NCBI GenBank assembly: GCA_944349655.1
Contig: CALVNL010000002.1
Coordinates: 5,721 to 69,720 of the forward strand
Source of the DNA: an uncultured Clostridia bacterium
GTDB lineage: Bacteria > Bacillota > Clostridia > Christensenellales > DTU072
Length of the DNA: 64,000 nt
Reading direction: 5' to 3'
The position numbers and the translations under genes are program-made. Positions 1 to 11,604 of this stretch are shown here, piece by piece. Position 1 is the stretch's first letter; each line of letters starts with the position of its first letter. The notes beneath the pieces were generated by a model. That model did no database searches. It worked only from the letters and a program-made list of their open reading frames with translations, and was not told the DNA's origin.

Positions 1-622
1 AAGCCGAATAGAAGTCGAAACGGATAATAATATAGATAAGCATCAGCGCAAGAGCCACGGCTACCGATATCAAAGCCGTACGCAAGAGACGCATACTCGC
101 CGAGTTTCCTATAAGCGTTGTTGTGGATTTTACGGTAACGGTATCACCGTATTTTTCGGCGGTAGCCGTTTCGATATCGTTTCTTATCTCTTCGTTAAGG
201 GCATTCATTTCCGCGACTTTATCGTCGGTACTGTAATCCACGAGTACCCCGTCTACAAGCACGGCGGTATTAAGGTAACGTACGATAATGGAACTGTCGC
301 CGCTTGACTGAGACGCCGCAAGCTTTACACCGTTGTCTTCCAAAACCTTTTCTATCATAGCAAGGTTTTCGTTGTATTTGGCACCGCTGTTCATTCCGGC
401 TTCGCTGAACTCCACGGTAAGCAAAGAGCCGCCCTGAAAATCCACTCCTATGTTAGCGAATTTATCGTGTCCGCTTTTATCTAATTGATAACACGTTCCG
501 CATATAAGCATTACAAGAATAACGATAAGCGGAATTAAAAAAGTTAATTTAGAGTTTTTATAAAAATCGAAATTTTTAATTTTATTCTTAAATTCGACTA
601 AGGAATTTTTCTTATCAGCCAC
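1..622 (-). CDS. secF: Protein translocase subunit SecF (N-terminal part; gene runs off the window edge)
   Basis: Minus-strand frame is open from GTG at 622 to position 1. Translation VADKKNSLVEFKNKIKNFDFYKNSKLTFLIPLIVILVMLICG...GVDFQGGSLLTVEF...LRTALISVAVALALMLIYIIIRF fits SecF TM1 plus periplasmic domain. The start overlaps the secD stop (GTGGCTGA). It is absent from the ORF track because it is truncated. Confidence 0.8.
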   Translation of the reverse strand, partial: MADKKNSLVEFKNKIKNFDFYKNSKLTFLIPLIVILVMLICGTCYQLDKSGHDKFANIGVDFQGGSLLTVEFSEAGMNSGAKYNENLAMIEKVLEDNGVKLAASQSSGDSSIIVRYLNTAVLVDGVLVDYSTDDKVAEMNALNEEIRNDIETATAEKYGDTVTVKSTTTLIGNSASMRLLRTALISVAVALALMLIYIIIRFDFYSA

Positions 623-1901
623 GGGTAACCTCCTTTGTCTTCAGTCCGAAGAAAGCTTCGTTTTCATCGTCGAACGCCATAAAGGATTTAACGAGTAATC
701 TGGTCACGAACAAGCTCGTCAGTAAGGAAAGAATTATACCTATCAATAAAGTCACGGCAAAACTCTTTATTGCGGACGAACCGAATATTATCATAACTAT
801 CGCTCCGAAAATCGTAGTAACGTTTGCGTCTATAATGGTCGCGAACGAACCTTTGAACCCGGAGTTTACGGCACTCGGAACAAGTTTATTGCCTATTCGT
901 TTTTCTTCTTTGATTTTTTCGAAAATAATTATATTTGCGTCAACGGCCATACCGATACTCAGTATAACGCCGGCTATACCCGTAAGAGTAAGCTGTACCC
1001 AGGGAACTATTGCGAGAGCCACGATAAGAAGTTCTACGTAAAGAACGAGAGCCAGAGCGGCGGCTCCACCCAAGCCCTTGTAAACGACCATAAGGAAAAT
1101 CAAAATAACAAGCAAGCCGATTCCCGCAGCGATAAGGCTGTTGGTAAGAGCTTCGTCTCCGAGCGTAGGAGAAATAGTCTCGCTTCTCAAGAGAGTAAGC
1201 TTAACGGTGCTTATACCGGCTTTTATTCTGACTGCGTATTCGTTGGCGGTATTGTAATCGTAACCGCCTTCGATAATGGCGTTACCGTCGCTTATTGCGG
1301 CATTTACGGTAGGACTCATAATTTCGACGTCGTCGATATAAATGCTGATGGTCTTTCCTATGTTAGCGTTAGTCGCTTCGTAGAAAGCGGTTTTACCTGC
1401 GCTGTTGAACTCGAGTTTTATTACATATTGTCCTTCGTTAACCGCCACATAACAATCTTCCAGATGTTCGCTACCCGAAATAAGCACGTTTCCTTCGCTG
1501 TCGCGGAATTCCAAAGTAGCGCTTTTTCCTATCAGTTTCATAAGTTCGGAAGTATCATCTATTTCGGGAACTTCCACCCTTATCTGACTGTTACCTTGTT
1601 TTGTGACTACCGCTTCGGTATATCCTTTTCCGAAAAGTATATCCTCGAGATTGGCTATCGCTCCGTCAAGTTCGGAATCGCTGGCGTCGGCGCCCGTATC
1701 GAGTTTTGCCGAATATTCCGCGTACATACCGCCTTTAAGATCCAGACCTTGGGAAATAGCCGTGGAAATCCAGTAGAAATCGTAATTGGTATTCCCTATG
1801 CGAAAACAGTCCTGCCCGTTAAGCGGAACGATTAACAACGCCAGACCGATGATTAAGACGCTAATCAAAATCAGTAATATTATGGATTTTGTTTTGCTCA
1901 C
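615..1901 (-). CDS. secD: Protein translocase subunit SecD
   Basis: The ORF 615..1931 translation has the SecD periplasmic domain and a C-terminal 6-TM region (GLGGAAALALVLYVELLIVALA...MAVDANIIIFEKIKEE). The GTG at 1901 sits 5 nt after GGAGG, whereas the ATG at 1931 has no SD, so 1901 is preferred. Confidence 0.9.
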   Translation of the reverse strand: MSKTKSIILLILISVLIIGLALLIVPLNGQDCFRIGNTNYDFYWISTAISQGLDLKGGMYAEYSAKLDTGADASDSELDGAIANLEDILFGKGYTEAVVTKQGNSQIRVEVPEIDDTSELMKLIGKSATLEFRDSEGNVLISGSEHLEDCYVAVNEGQYVIKLEFNSAGKTAFYEATNANIGKTISIYIDDVEIMSPTVNAAISDGNAIIEGGYDYNTANEYAVRIKAGISTVKLTLLRSETISPTLGDEALTNSLIAAGIGLLVILIFLMVVYKGLGGAAALALVLYVELLIVALAIVPWVQLTLTGIAGVILSIGMAVDANIIIFEKIKEEKRIGNKLVPSAVNSGFKGSFATIIDANVTTIFGAIVMIIFGSSAIKSFAVTLLIGIILSLLTSLFVTRLLVKSFMAFDDENEAFFGLKTKEVTRG

Positions 1902-2027
1902 TTGATCCTCCGTGCTTCCTTCATATTCCAACGGGATTATAATAAAGAAATTCCCGTTAATAACTTAAATTATTATATATGTAAATAGTATTTTAGTCAA
2001 TACAATTCCGTCAATTTAAGACTAATT

Positions 2028-3401
2028 TTATTGATTATCTTCCTTAAAAGCGTCTGATTTTTCTATTGCGGCAACGGCAAGGCTCATTTCCAGACGTTTT
2101 TTTGTAAGTTCACAGCCGATTTTATATTGTCCGCCGATATCGCCGCTGAAGTTGTAAGCGTTCGCGGCGCAACCGCCTCCGCAGAAATACTTTGCAAAGC
2201 AATCCTTACAATGCGTTTTGGTAAGAACGCATTGAGAAGCGAACATTTCCCGTACCGAAGCTTTTGAAATACCGCTGAAAACGTTTCCGATACGGAATTC
2301 TTCCAGTCCTGCAAACTGATGACACGGATAAATGTCGCCGTTCGGCGTTACGGCAAGATACTCCGTACCCGCACCGCAACCGGTAAGCCTTTTATTGGGG
2401 CAAGGTCCGTGTTCCAGATCCAACATATAATGGAAAAAGTTGAACCATTTTCCGCAAGACCGCCTTTCAAGGTAATTTTCCGTGAATTTTTCGTATTCGG
2501 ATAATATTTTATCCAGATGTTCTTCTTTTATAGCAAGAGGATGATCGTCCGGCAAAACGACCGGTTCTACGGAAATCTGATCGAAACCTTCATCGTTAAG
2601 GAAAAGTATATCCTCGCTAAAATCGGTATTTTGGGAAGTAAAAGTCCCTCGGACATAATATTTTTTATCCCCTCTCGCTTTTCTCATTTTCAAAGCGTTG
2701 GAGAGAATAACGTCGTAACAGTCTTTTCCGTTTTTGGCGTGACGTACTCCGTTGTGAACGCACTTTCTGCCGTCCACGCTTAAAACCACGTTATCCATCT
2801 CACGATCGAGATAAGCAATATTCTCATCGTTCAAAAGTAAACAATTCGTAGTCATGGTAAAACTAAATGTTTTACCGTTTTCTTCTGCTTTTTCCTTGGC
2901 GTAAGCGACTATTTCCTTAACCGCCGACATATTCATGAGCGGTTCTCCTCCGAAAAAGTCAATTTCGAGATTATTTCGCGCCCCTGAATTTTCAATAAGA
3001 AAATCCACGGCTTTCTTCCCTACCTCGGCTTTCATATAGTCTCTTTCGGTATGATAAGTGCCGCCTCCGGCAAAACAATAATCGCAGGAAAGGTTACAGT
3101 CGTGACAAATGTGCAGACAAAGAGCTTTTACAACCTCTGTGCTTTTGGAAAATTCCTTAACGAGAGCCGGAGCGTTAAGCGCTCCGTCTTTTTCCAGCTC
3201 CGACAATTCGTTTTCGATTTCTTTTCTTGTTGTCTCTTCGAGCGCGAAATAATCTTTTTCCTGAGAAGCGTTTAAGGTCTCAAACTTTTTTTTCGCACAT
3301 AAAAAAGCCGCGTAGTCCAAAATACTCAGACTTGCGCTTTCTACGTCCCACATAAGGTAAACAGGTTTACCTTGGTGGGAATATTCGTATAAATGTACCA
3401 T
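2028..3401 (-). CDS. scfB: Radical SAM/SPASM thioether cross-link-forming SCIFF peptide maturase
   Basis: It has the CNLSCDYC radical-SAM cluster motif and a C-terminal SPASM Cys-rich region (CGAGTEYLAVTPNGDIYPCHQF, CKDCFAKYFCGGGCAANAY). It starts 3 nt downstream of a SCIFF precursor ORF. Confidence 0.85.
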   Translation of the reverse strand: MVHLYEYSHQGKPVYLMWDVESASLSILDYAAFLCAKKKFETLNASQEKDYFALEETTRKEIENELSELEKDGALNAPALVKEFSKSTEVVKALCLHICHDCNLSCDYCFAGGGTYHTERDYMKAEVGKKAVDFLIENSGARNNLEIDFFGGEPLMNMSAVKEIVAYAKEKAEENGKTFSFTMTTNCLLLNDENIAYLDREMDNVVLSVDGRKCVHNGVRHAKNGKDCYDVILSNALKMRKARGDKKYYVRGTFTSQNTDFSEDILFLNDEGFDQISVEPVVLPDDHPLAIKEEHLDKILSEYEKFTENYLERRSCGKWFNFFHYMLDLEHGPCPNKRLTGCGAGTEYLAVTPNGDIYPCHQFAGLEEFRIGNVFSGISKASVREMFASQCVLTKTHCKDCFAKYFCGGGCAANAYNFSGDIGGQYKIGCELTKKRLEMSLAVAAIEKSDAFKEDNQ

Positions 3402-3404
3402 TTA

Positions 3405-3575
3405 TCAGACGGATTTCTTTACGATAACGTTAATTTTTTCTTCTTTCTTGCAGGACTGATTACCTACTGTGCAACTGGTTTTGCAAGCGGACTGACAGCT
3501 GGACTGGCATTCGCCGCAACCGGTAGAATGATTTTTGCAAAGCGCTTTTTTGAAAAGAGCGTTAATATGTTTCAT
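3405..3575 (-). CDS. scfA: SCIFF (six-cysteines-in-forty-five) ranthipeptide precursor, 56 aa
   Basis: Manual translation of the minus strand gives MKHINALFKKALCKNHSTGCGECQSSCQSACKTSCTVGNQSCKKEEKINVIVKKSV*. The core GCGECQ(S/T)SCQSACKTSCTVGNQ.C is the SCIFF signature. GGAGG lies 6 nt upstream of the ATG. The ORF is not in the supplied track, which lists only the opposite-strand shadow ORF 3393..3590. Confidence 0.85.
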   Translation of the reverse strand: MKHINALFKKALCKNHSTGCGECQSSCQSACKTSCTVGNQSCKKEEKINVIVKKSV

Positions 3576-3701
3576 CGGGAACCTCCGTGATAATTTTATT
3601 TACGTTTATTATAAATTATTTTTATCCTAAAATCAACTGTTTTACGAAAACGTGTCATAACGGCTTATACCGGTTAATAAATTACATTCGGAGGTGCGTA
3701 A

Positions 3702-4097
3702 ATGAAAAACTCAAACATAAATAGACATTTTTTTCTGGACATAATCAGAACGACGATAATCGCCGTTATAATATCCCTCGTGTTGGTACTGGTTTTTGCG
3801 CTTATAGTAAATCTGGTGGAAGTCGGAGAAAAAGTAATACTGCCTGTTAATCAGGCAATTAAAGTTATAAGTATTCTTGCATCTTGTTTCGTCGGTTTCA
3901 AAGAAAACAAACAAGGTGCTTTCAAAGGTGCGCTCAGCGGATTATGTTACACCCTTTTGTCGGTACTCGTTTTCGGACTTATCAGTAAAGAGATTTCTTT
4001 TAATCTTATGAAGCTTATAGACGTTGCACTCGGTATCGTAGCGGGCGCGATAAGCGGCATCCTTTCGGTAAATATACGTAAAAAAAGCGTTGCTTAA
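3702..4097 (+). CDS. TIGR04086/YrzE-like small membrane protein
   Basis: 131 aa with about 4 TM helices. GGAGG precedes the ATG. Its position between yajC and the SCIFF genes matches the conserved clostridial neighbourhood as I recall it. Confidence 0.6.
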   Translation: MKNSNINRHFFLDIIRTTIIAVIISLVLVLVFALIVNLVEVGEKVILPVNQAIKVISILASCFVGFKENKQGAFKGALSGLCYTLLSVLVFGLISKEISFNLMKLIDVALGIVAGAISGILSVNIRKKSVA

Positions 4098-4120
4098 TTT
4101 TACGCCGATAAAAGAATCGA

Positions 4121-4157
4121 AAATAAAAAGGGAGTTAAAAAACTCCCTTTCTGTTTT
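4121..4157. terminator. Bidirectional intrinsic terminator between convergent genes
   Basis: The stem AGGGAGTT (4129-4136) / AACTCCCT (4141-4148) has an AAAA loop. An A-run flanks it upstream and a T-rich tract downstream. Confidence 0.7.
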
Positions 4158-4172
4158 CAAACGGTATTAAAA

Positions 4173-4475
4173 TTACATTTTGGAACGAATCGCGTTCTTA
4201 ATGATGGTAACGTTGGTGGGATTTTCGGGGGTCCCGACGTTGATAACGTAATGATCGGTAGCCGCATCGTATTCCACTATCGTTCCGACAAATCCGCCGA
4301 TGGTCATAATTTTATCGCCTATCTGAATACTGTTTATCATTTCCTGCATCTTCTTTTTCTGCTTTCTCTGAGGAACGATGGTCATAACGATCATCAATAC
4401 GAAGAAAACACCCAGAATAACCGGCATTAACCAGGAAGACGCGTCAGCTGCTAAAATATTATTGAACATTTCCAA
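4173..4475 (-). CDS. yajC: Preprotein translocase subunit YajC
   Basis: 100 aa with a single N-terminal TM helix, then QRKQKKKMQEMINSIQIGDKIMTIGGFVGTIVEY, typical of YajC. It lies downstream of tgt. Confidence 0.9.
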   Translation of the reverse strand: MEMFNNILAADASSWLMPVILGVFFVLMIVMTIVPQRKQKKKMQEMINSIQIGDKIMTIGGFVGTIVEYDAATDHYVINVGTPENPTNVTIIKNAIRSKM

Positions 4476-4557
4476 GACTCCTATTTTTTATTATTTTTTA
4501 TAATACACTAAAATTATAAACTCCGCAAGTATTATTTACATTAAATTTCCAAAATAT

Positions 4558-6712
<2,155 letters not shown>

Positions 6713-6720
6713 AGTAGCTA

Positions 6721-7758
6721 TTATTCCTCCTGGTCAAAAAAAGTCTGCTGTATCCCGAACGCTCCCATATAAGGAATTTTAAGATGCTTATAGGCGTTGG
6801 GCGTGCAGATACGTCCCCTCGGAGTCCGCGCGATAAACCCCAACTGTATCAGATAAGGTTCGTAAACGTCTTCTATCGTATTGGTCTCTTCTCCGCTTGC
6901 TGCGGCAAGCGTATCCAATCCGACAGGGCCGCCGTTGAATTTTTCTATAATCGTTCTGAGAATTACCACGTCGGTATTATCTAATCCGAGTTCGTCCACT
7001 TCCAGACTTTTAAGCGCGTTCTTGGCTATATCGGTCGTAATTAACGAACTATCGGCAAATTCCGCAAAATCTCTGACCCTTTTCAGCAAGCGATTTGCAA
7101 TACGCGGCGTACCTCTGCTGCGACCTGCGATTTCTCTTGCCGCGTCGGGCGTAATATTGATATTCAATATACCTGCGGAGCGATTTATTATAATACACAA
7201 TTCGTCGGGAGAATACATTTCCAAACGACATACGACCCCGAAACGATCTCTTAATGGCGCGCCGAGCATACCGGCTTTCGTGGTGGCACCGACGAGTGTA
7301 AAATGTTTCAAAGGAAGCCTCATCGTCCTCGCGCTGGGACCTTTCCCGAGGACCATATCCAGCACAAAATCCTCCATTGCAGGATACAAAATTTCTTCTA
7401 CGCTGTGATTGAGCCGATGAATTTCATCGACGAACAAAACGTCGCCCTCCTCGAGATTGGTTAAAATCGCCGCCAAATCTCCCGCTCTTGCGATAGCCGG
7501 TCCCGAAGTAATTTTAATATTGCCGTTCATTTCATTGGCGATTATATGGCTTAAAGTGGTTTTTCCCAGCCCCGGCGGTCCGTATAAAAGAACGTGGTCC
7601 AGACTTTCCCCTCTTTTTTTTGCCGAATGCATAAAGACTTTAAGATTGGATTTTACTTTTTCTTGTCCGACGTATTCGTCGATAGCCTTCGGGCGTAATA
7701 AATTCTCGTTTTCGTCGTTTTCCAGTTTAACGGAAGAAATAAGTCTTTCGTCTTCCAC
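6721..7758 (-). CDS. ruvB: Holliday junction branch migration helicase RuvB
   Basis: Contains [16 protein letters not shown], Walker [10 protein letters not shown], Walker [10 protein letters not shown] and [16 protein letters not shown]. Confidence 0.95.
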   Translation of the reverse strand: MEDERLISSVKLENDENENLLRPKAIDEYVGQEKVKSNLKVFMHSAKKRGESLDHVLLYGPPGLGKTTLSHIIANEMNGNIKITSGPAIARAGDLAAILTNLEEGDVLFVDEIHRLNHSVEEILYPAMEDFVLDMVLGKGPSARTMRLPLKHFTLVGATTKAGMLGAPLRDRFGVVCRLEMYSPDELCIIINRSAGILNINITPDAAREIAGRSRGTPRIANRLLKRVRDFAEFADSSLITTDIAKNALKSLEVDELGLDNTDVVILRTIIEKFNGGPVGLDTLAAASGEETNTIEDVYEPYLIQLGFIARTPRGRICTPNAYKHLKIPYMGAFGIQQTFFDQEE

Positions 7759-7773
7759 TTTATACCTCCGTCA

Positions 7774-8373
7774 TCAAAGATTGCGCAATGCGTTTGCAAC
7801 AAGTTCTTCGGCAGTTTTTGCGTAAGGTTTAGCTTTCTTCACCGCTTCGAAAGCTTCGCTTTGAGTAAACCCGAGTCCTCTTAAAGCGCTTATTGCGTCG
7901 GCAACGTCTTTATCTACCGTGCCGAAATCCTCCACCGACGAAGGTAAGGATTCCAGTAGTTCCTTACTGTCGGCATTGATTTCTTCCCTTAATTCCAAAA
8001 TAATTCTTTCGGCGGTTTTCTTTCCGATGCCTTTGACCTTGGAGAGAGTTTTGATATCCGAAGACATAATCGCAGTCATAAGAGTGTTAAGCTCTATTCC
8101 GGAAAGAATACCCAACGCGGCTTTAGGCCCGACTCCCGATATCCCTATAAGTTTCAAGAACATATTTTTTTCTTCGCGGGAATAAAATCCGTACAAAAAC
8201 AAGCCGTCTTCACGGACATTAAGATAAGTATAAAGACAAACGAATTTAGAACCGTTCCTGATTTTTACGTTAGTCGTGTTACTGACGAAAATTTCGTATC
8301 CGATACCGTTGTTTTCCACTACGACGTAACCTTCTCCGAAATCCACCGCTTCCCCTTTAATATAACCTATCAT
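7774..8373 (-). CDS. ruvA: Holliday junction DNA-binding protein RuvA
   Basis: Contains MIGYIKGE..., helix-hairpin-helix motifs (GVGPKAALGIL, GIGKKTAERII) and a C-terminal domain III. Confidence 0.95.
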   Translation of the reverse strand: MIGYIKGEAVDFGEGYVVVENNGIGYEIFVSNTTNVKIRNGSKFVCLYTYLNVREDGLFLYGFYSREEKNMFLKLIGISGVGPKAALGILSGIELNTLMTAIMSSDIKTLSKVKGIGKKTAERIILELREEINADSKELLESLPSSVEDFGTVDKDVADAISALRGLGFTQSEAFEAVKKAKPYAKTAEELVANALRNL

Positions 8374-8388
8374 AAAACCTCCGCCTGT

Positions 8389-8880
8389 CTAAATTCCGAA
8401 CAACCCTGCAAGTCTATTAGTCTGAGCGTGCGTCAGCGCAACGGCAAGAGCGTCCGCCGCGTCGTCGGGTTTGGGTACGTCTTTCAGGTTAAGAAAAGTT
8501 TTAACCATCTGCTGAATTTGCTTTTTATCCGCTCTGCCGTAACCCGTCATCGCCTGTTTAATCTGCAAAGGGGTATATTCGAAAAGATTTTTACACCTTG
8601 CGTAAACGGTAAGCAAAATAGCTCCTCGCGCTTCCGCTACGAGAATGGCCGTTTTCTGATTGTTTGTAAAAAACAATTCCTCTATGGCTATCGCATCGGG
8701 TTTGTATCGGTCGATAAGAATTTCGAATCCGGAGGAAATTTTAGCAAGTCTTTTCGGCAGCGATTCATCTTTAGGCGTCTGAATCACTCCGTACTCCAAT
8801 GCTTTATTACGTCCGCCCGAATTTTCTATAACGCCGAAACCCACGGTCGCGTAGCCGGGGTCTATACCTAAAATTATCAT
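8389..8880 (-). CDS. ruvC: Crossover junction endodeoxyribonuclease RuvC
   Basis: Contains MIILGIDPGYATVGFGVIE, AIEELFF and DAADALAVALTHA. Confidence 0.95.
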   Translation of the reverse strand: MIILGIDPGYATVGFGVIENSGGRNKALEYGVIQTPKDESLPKRLAKISSGFEILIDRYKPDAIAIEELFFTNNQKTAILVAEARGAILLTVYARCKNLFEYTPLQIKQAMTGYGRADKKQIQQMVKTFLNLKDVPKPDDAADALAVALTHAQTNRLAGLFGI

Positions 8881-8926
8881 AGATTATATAATACAAAAAA
8901 AAGAAAAAATAGTCAACGTAAATACG

Positions 8927-9610
8927 TTACAGAACGTCGTAAATGCGTTTTTTTGTTTCCGAAAAATCCGCATAACCCCTTTCTTCGGCGGGAACGGATA
9001 AAGTTTCGTCGGCAAGAATATTACCGCCTTTTTGCAAAACTATTATTCTGTCGGCAACGGCAAACGCTTCTTCGATATCGTGCGTAACGAAGACGGTAGT
9101 GCGCCTGTCTGTTCGATAAAGTGAGTTAAAAGTTTCGATAATTCTTTTTTTCAGCGAAATATCCAACGCCTTGAAAGGTTCGTCCATAAGAAGAATATCG
9201 GACGGATAAGCGAAAGCTCTGGCTAACGACACCCTTTGTCCCATTCCTCCGCTTAATTCTGAAGGATAAAGATTTCTGCTGTCGTATAGTTCGACTTTTC
9301 GAAGAATTTCATTGATTATACAGGGTATTTTTTCCTTTGAATAAACATTTTTCAATACGAACTCGATATTTTTATAAACCGTTAAATTAGGTAAAAGTCG
9401 TTTATTCTGGAAAATATAGCTTATTTTATTACCCGATTTCTCCACCGCTCCTTGAAAATCCGTAAGACCGCTTATAATATTAAGCAAAGTGGTTTTCCCG
9501 CAACCGGAAGAACCGAGCACGGCAAGAATTTTCTTCTCTTCCGCTTCCAGGCAGAATTTATCGAAAACAACGTTATCCCCGTAAGATTTAGATACCGATA
9601 TTAGTTTCAT
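8927..9610 (-). CDS. ABC transporter ATP-binding protein (NitT/TauT-type importer)
   Basis: All ABC motifs are intact: GSSGCGKTT, IFQN, LSGGMGQRVSLARA, LLMDEPF, THD. The preferred start is the ATG at 9610 (MKLISVSKSYG), which forms an ATGA overlap with the permease stop. The longer ORF to 9691 lies inside the permease gene. Confidence 0.9.
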   Translation of the reverse strand: MKLISVSKSYGDNVVFDKFCLEAEEKKILAVLGSSGCGKTTLLNIISGLTDFQGAVEKSGNKISYIFQNKRLLPNLTVYKNIEFVLKNVYSKEKIPCIINEILRKVELYDSRNLYPSELSGGMGQRVSLARAFAYPSDILLMDEPFKALDISLKKRIIETFNSLYRTDRRTTVFVTHDIEEAFAVADRIIVLQKGGNILADETLSVPAEERGYADFSETKKRIYDVL

Positions 9611-10365
9611 TTCCACCTCACAAAAGCTTTTTTTATAGCAAAAATAAGCAATTCGAGTATATAACTCAAAACAACGGCGGCCAAAGTCCAAGCAAGAAGC
9701 TCGGCTGTTTCAAGATATCCTCGTGCCATTTGCATTGCAATACCCATAGAATATCTTGTCTGAGCAATAACTTCGGCGGATATTACGATTTTTACAGTCA
9801 GCCCGATTGAAGACTGCATGCAATCGAATGCCGCAGGAGCAATGGCAGGCAGGTAAAGTTCGAATAATCTGTTCTTGAATTTTACCCCGTAAACTTTACT
9901 CATGGCAACGAGATCTTTGTCCACGCCGCTGAATGCGCTGTAAAAACCGGAATACATTATCGGAAAATTTATCAAAAACGCCACAAAAATCGGGCTTGTG
10001 GCAGGTTTCATCCAAATAACGGTGAGTAAAATAACGCTCATCGTTGGAACGGAACGAACAATTTTTATTACGGGGGAAAGAAATTTTCTTACGGAATCGT
10101 TAAGCGAAACAAGACTGAGTAAAAGTGCGGCGAGAGCGCCCGTTAAAAAACTTGCCGCTGTACGCAGCAAGGTATTGCCTAAGGCGCGGTAAAAATCCGC
10201 GCCTGTAAGCAAATTACCCAACTTATCGAAAGTTGAACCGATAGAAGGAACTATAAGCTCCATATCTATCGCCGCAGCAAATATCGCCCACAATGCTACG
10301 ATTATTCCCACCGCCGCAAAAGGATATATAATATCGGGCAATATTTTTTTCAATTTTAATTTCAT
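9607..10365 (-). CDS. ABC transporter permease (BPD_transp_1 type)
   Basis: 252 aa with about 6 TM helices. It sits between the binding protein and the ATPase. An EAA-like region is present (SAEVIAQTRYSMGIAMQMA). Confidence 0.85.
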   Translation of the reverse strand: MKLKLKKILPDIIYPFAAVGIIVALWAIFAAAIDMELIVPSIGSTFDKLGNLLTGADFYRALGNTLLRTAASFLTGALAALLLSLVSLNDSVRKFLSPVIKIVRSVPTMSVILLTVIWMKPATSPIFVAFLINFPIMYSGFYSAFSGVDKDLVAMSKVYGVKFKNRLFELYLPAIAPAAFDCMQSSIGLTVKIVISAEVIAQTRYSMGIAMQMARGYLETAELLAWTLAAVVLSYILELLIFAIKKAFVRWK

Positions 10366-10370
10366 TATAA

Positions 10371-11342
10371 TCAGTCTAAAGATACTCCTGCGTAAAATCC
10401 GTCATCAGGCAAAGTACTGCCGATGAAATTCGCATTATAGGAACGCATAATCTCGAGATAGGATATTATACTTGCCTTGGCTTCCAAAGCTCCTACGTAT
10501 CGCACGTTACATCTTTCAATAACTTCCGCGGAAGCAAAAGTATTGGTACTGCCGTAATTTTTCAAAGCGGCGTTAACCTTATCGACGTTGGTTTTTACCC
10601 ATTCGGCATTGGCATTCATTTCCGAAAGGAACGCCTTAAGAAAAGCGGAATGATTGTCGAAAACTTCGTCGCTGACTATCGTGGAAGCCTGAGGATAACC
10701 GTCGTTACCGGTAAGATCTTTCCATTCTTTCTGGAAATCGACTAAAATGCTTGCTCCCGCGTTTTTGACTGCCATGGTAGCGGCAGGTTCACCGAGAAGA
10801 GCAAATTTTGCCTGACCCGTTTTGAGCGCGGCTATGGCGTCGCTCCCCTGCGCTATATAAGTTATATTGGCGTCGTCGCCGCTGATTCCGTTCTGGTTGA
10901 GAACGTATTGCAACACGAAATCGGGAGTACCGCCCTGACCGGTGCAAAGTATTTCCTGTCCTCTCAATGCGCTGATAGAAGGTATTTCTTCGGTTCCCAC
11001 AAGATAAACCAGTCCGAAAATGTTGCTTGCCACTACTTTTATTTTCGCGCCGTTGGAATAGAGTTTAGCTGCGATATTGGTAGGCGCAACGACTATGTCT
11101 GCAGAGCCTGTAGTAATTTTAGCAGATATATCCGTAGCACCGGCTACTATTTCATAGTTAACTTTGTATCCGTCGAAATTTGAAGAATCCAAAAGCTTCG
11201 CTATAGCCAAAGCCGGCGCGCCGTCGGGCACCGCTACGTTGATTTCCACGGCGTTTTCGGTGTTGTCTTCGCAAGAAACAAACAGTAAAAGCGTAGCCGC
11301 AATTACCGATAATACCACAAGAATTTTTAATAATTTTTTCAT
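10371..11342 (-). CDS. ABC transporter substrate-binding lipoprotein (NMT1/SsuA-like)
   Basis: It has a signal peptide with a lipobox (LLLFVS|C). Size and motifs fit a periplasmic-binding-protein type 2 fold. It is the first transport gene of the operon. Confidence 0.8.
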   Translation of the reverse strand: MKKLLKILVVLSVIAATLLLFVSCEDNTENAVEINVAVPDGAPALAIAKLLDSSNFDGYKVNYEIVAGATDISAKITTGSADIVVAPTNIAAKLYSNGAKIKVVASNIFGLVYLVGTEEIPSISALRGQEILCTGQGGTPDFVLQYVLNQNGISGDDANITYIAQGSDAIAALKTGQAKFALLGEPAATMAVKNAGASILVDFQKEWKDLTGNDGYPQASTIVSDEVFDNHSAFLKAFLSEMNANAEWVKTNVDKVNAALKNYGSTNTFASAEVIERCNVRYVGALEAKASIISYLEIMRSYNANFIGSTLPDDGFYAGVSLD

Positions 11343-11343
11343 A

Positions 11344-11604
11344 TCAGTCCTCCGAAACTTCGACTGTAGTTAACGCGGATTTTACGTTAACGTTGTCAAC
11401 TCTGCCCAGTTTTCCGGTAAGAGCGTTGACCCTGTCGCTTTCACCCTTCACTATCAAGCTAATCGCGGAAATTTTGTTTTCGGGCATAGGAACGCCCATT
11501 CTTCCGACTATTATATCGGAAAATTCGCTTAATATAGCCTGCATTTCCTGCACTTCGTGTCTGTCGCCGCTGACTACGATACCCACAACTCCTATTCTTT
11601 TCAT
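11344..11604 (-). CDS. TM1266-like ACT/NikR-C-like small regulator (family annotated as iron-only hydrogenase system regulator)
   Basis: 86 aa. RIGVVGIVVSGDRHEVQEMQAILSEFSDIIVGRMGVPMPENKISAISLIVKGESDRVNALTGKLGRVDNVNVKSAL parallels my recollection of Thermotoga TM1266. Its stop is 1 nt from the binding-protein start. Confidence 0.6.
   Translation of the reverse strand: MKRIGVVGIVVSGDRHEVQEMQAILSEFSDIIVGRMGVPMPENKISAISLIVKGESDRVNALTGKLGRVDNVNVKSALTTVEVSED

Noticed and set aside
1922-1950. Hairpin AACGGGA...TCCCGTT between the SCIFF maturase and secD
   Set aside because: No T-tract follows it on the coding strand, so it is not a convincing terminator. It mainly argues against the ATG at 1931 as the secD start.
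3393-3590. 65-aa plus-strand ORF from the track (MYHLSDGFLYDN...)
   Set aside because: It is the antisense shadow of the SCIFF precursor. The minus-strand reading has a strong SD and the diagnostic SCIFF Cys motif, while the plus-strand ORF has no RBS and is low-complexity.
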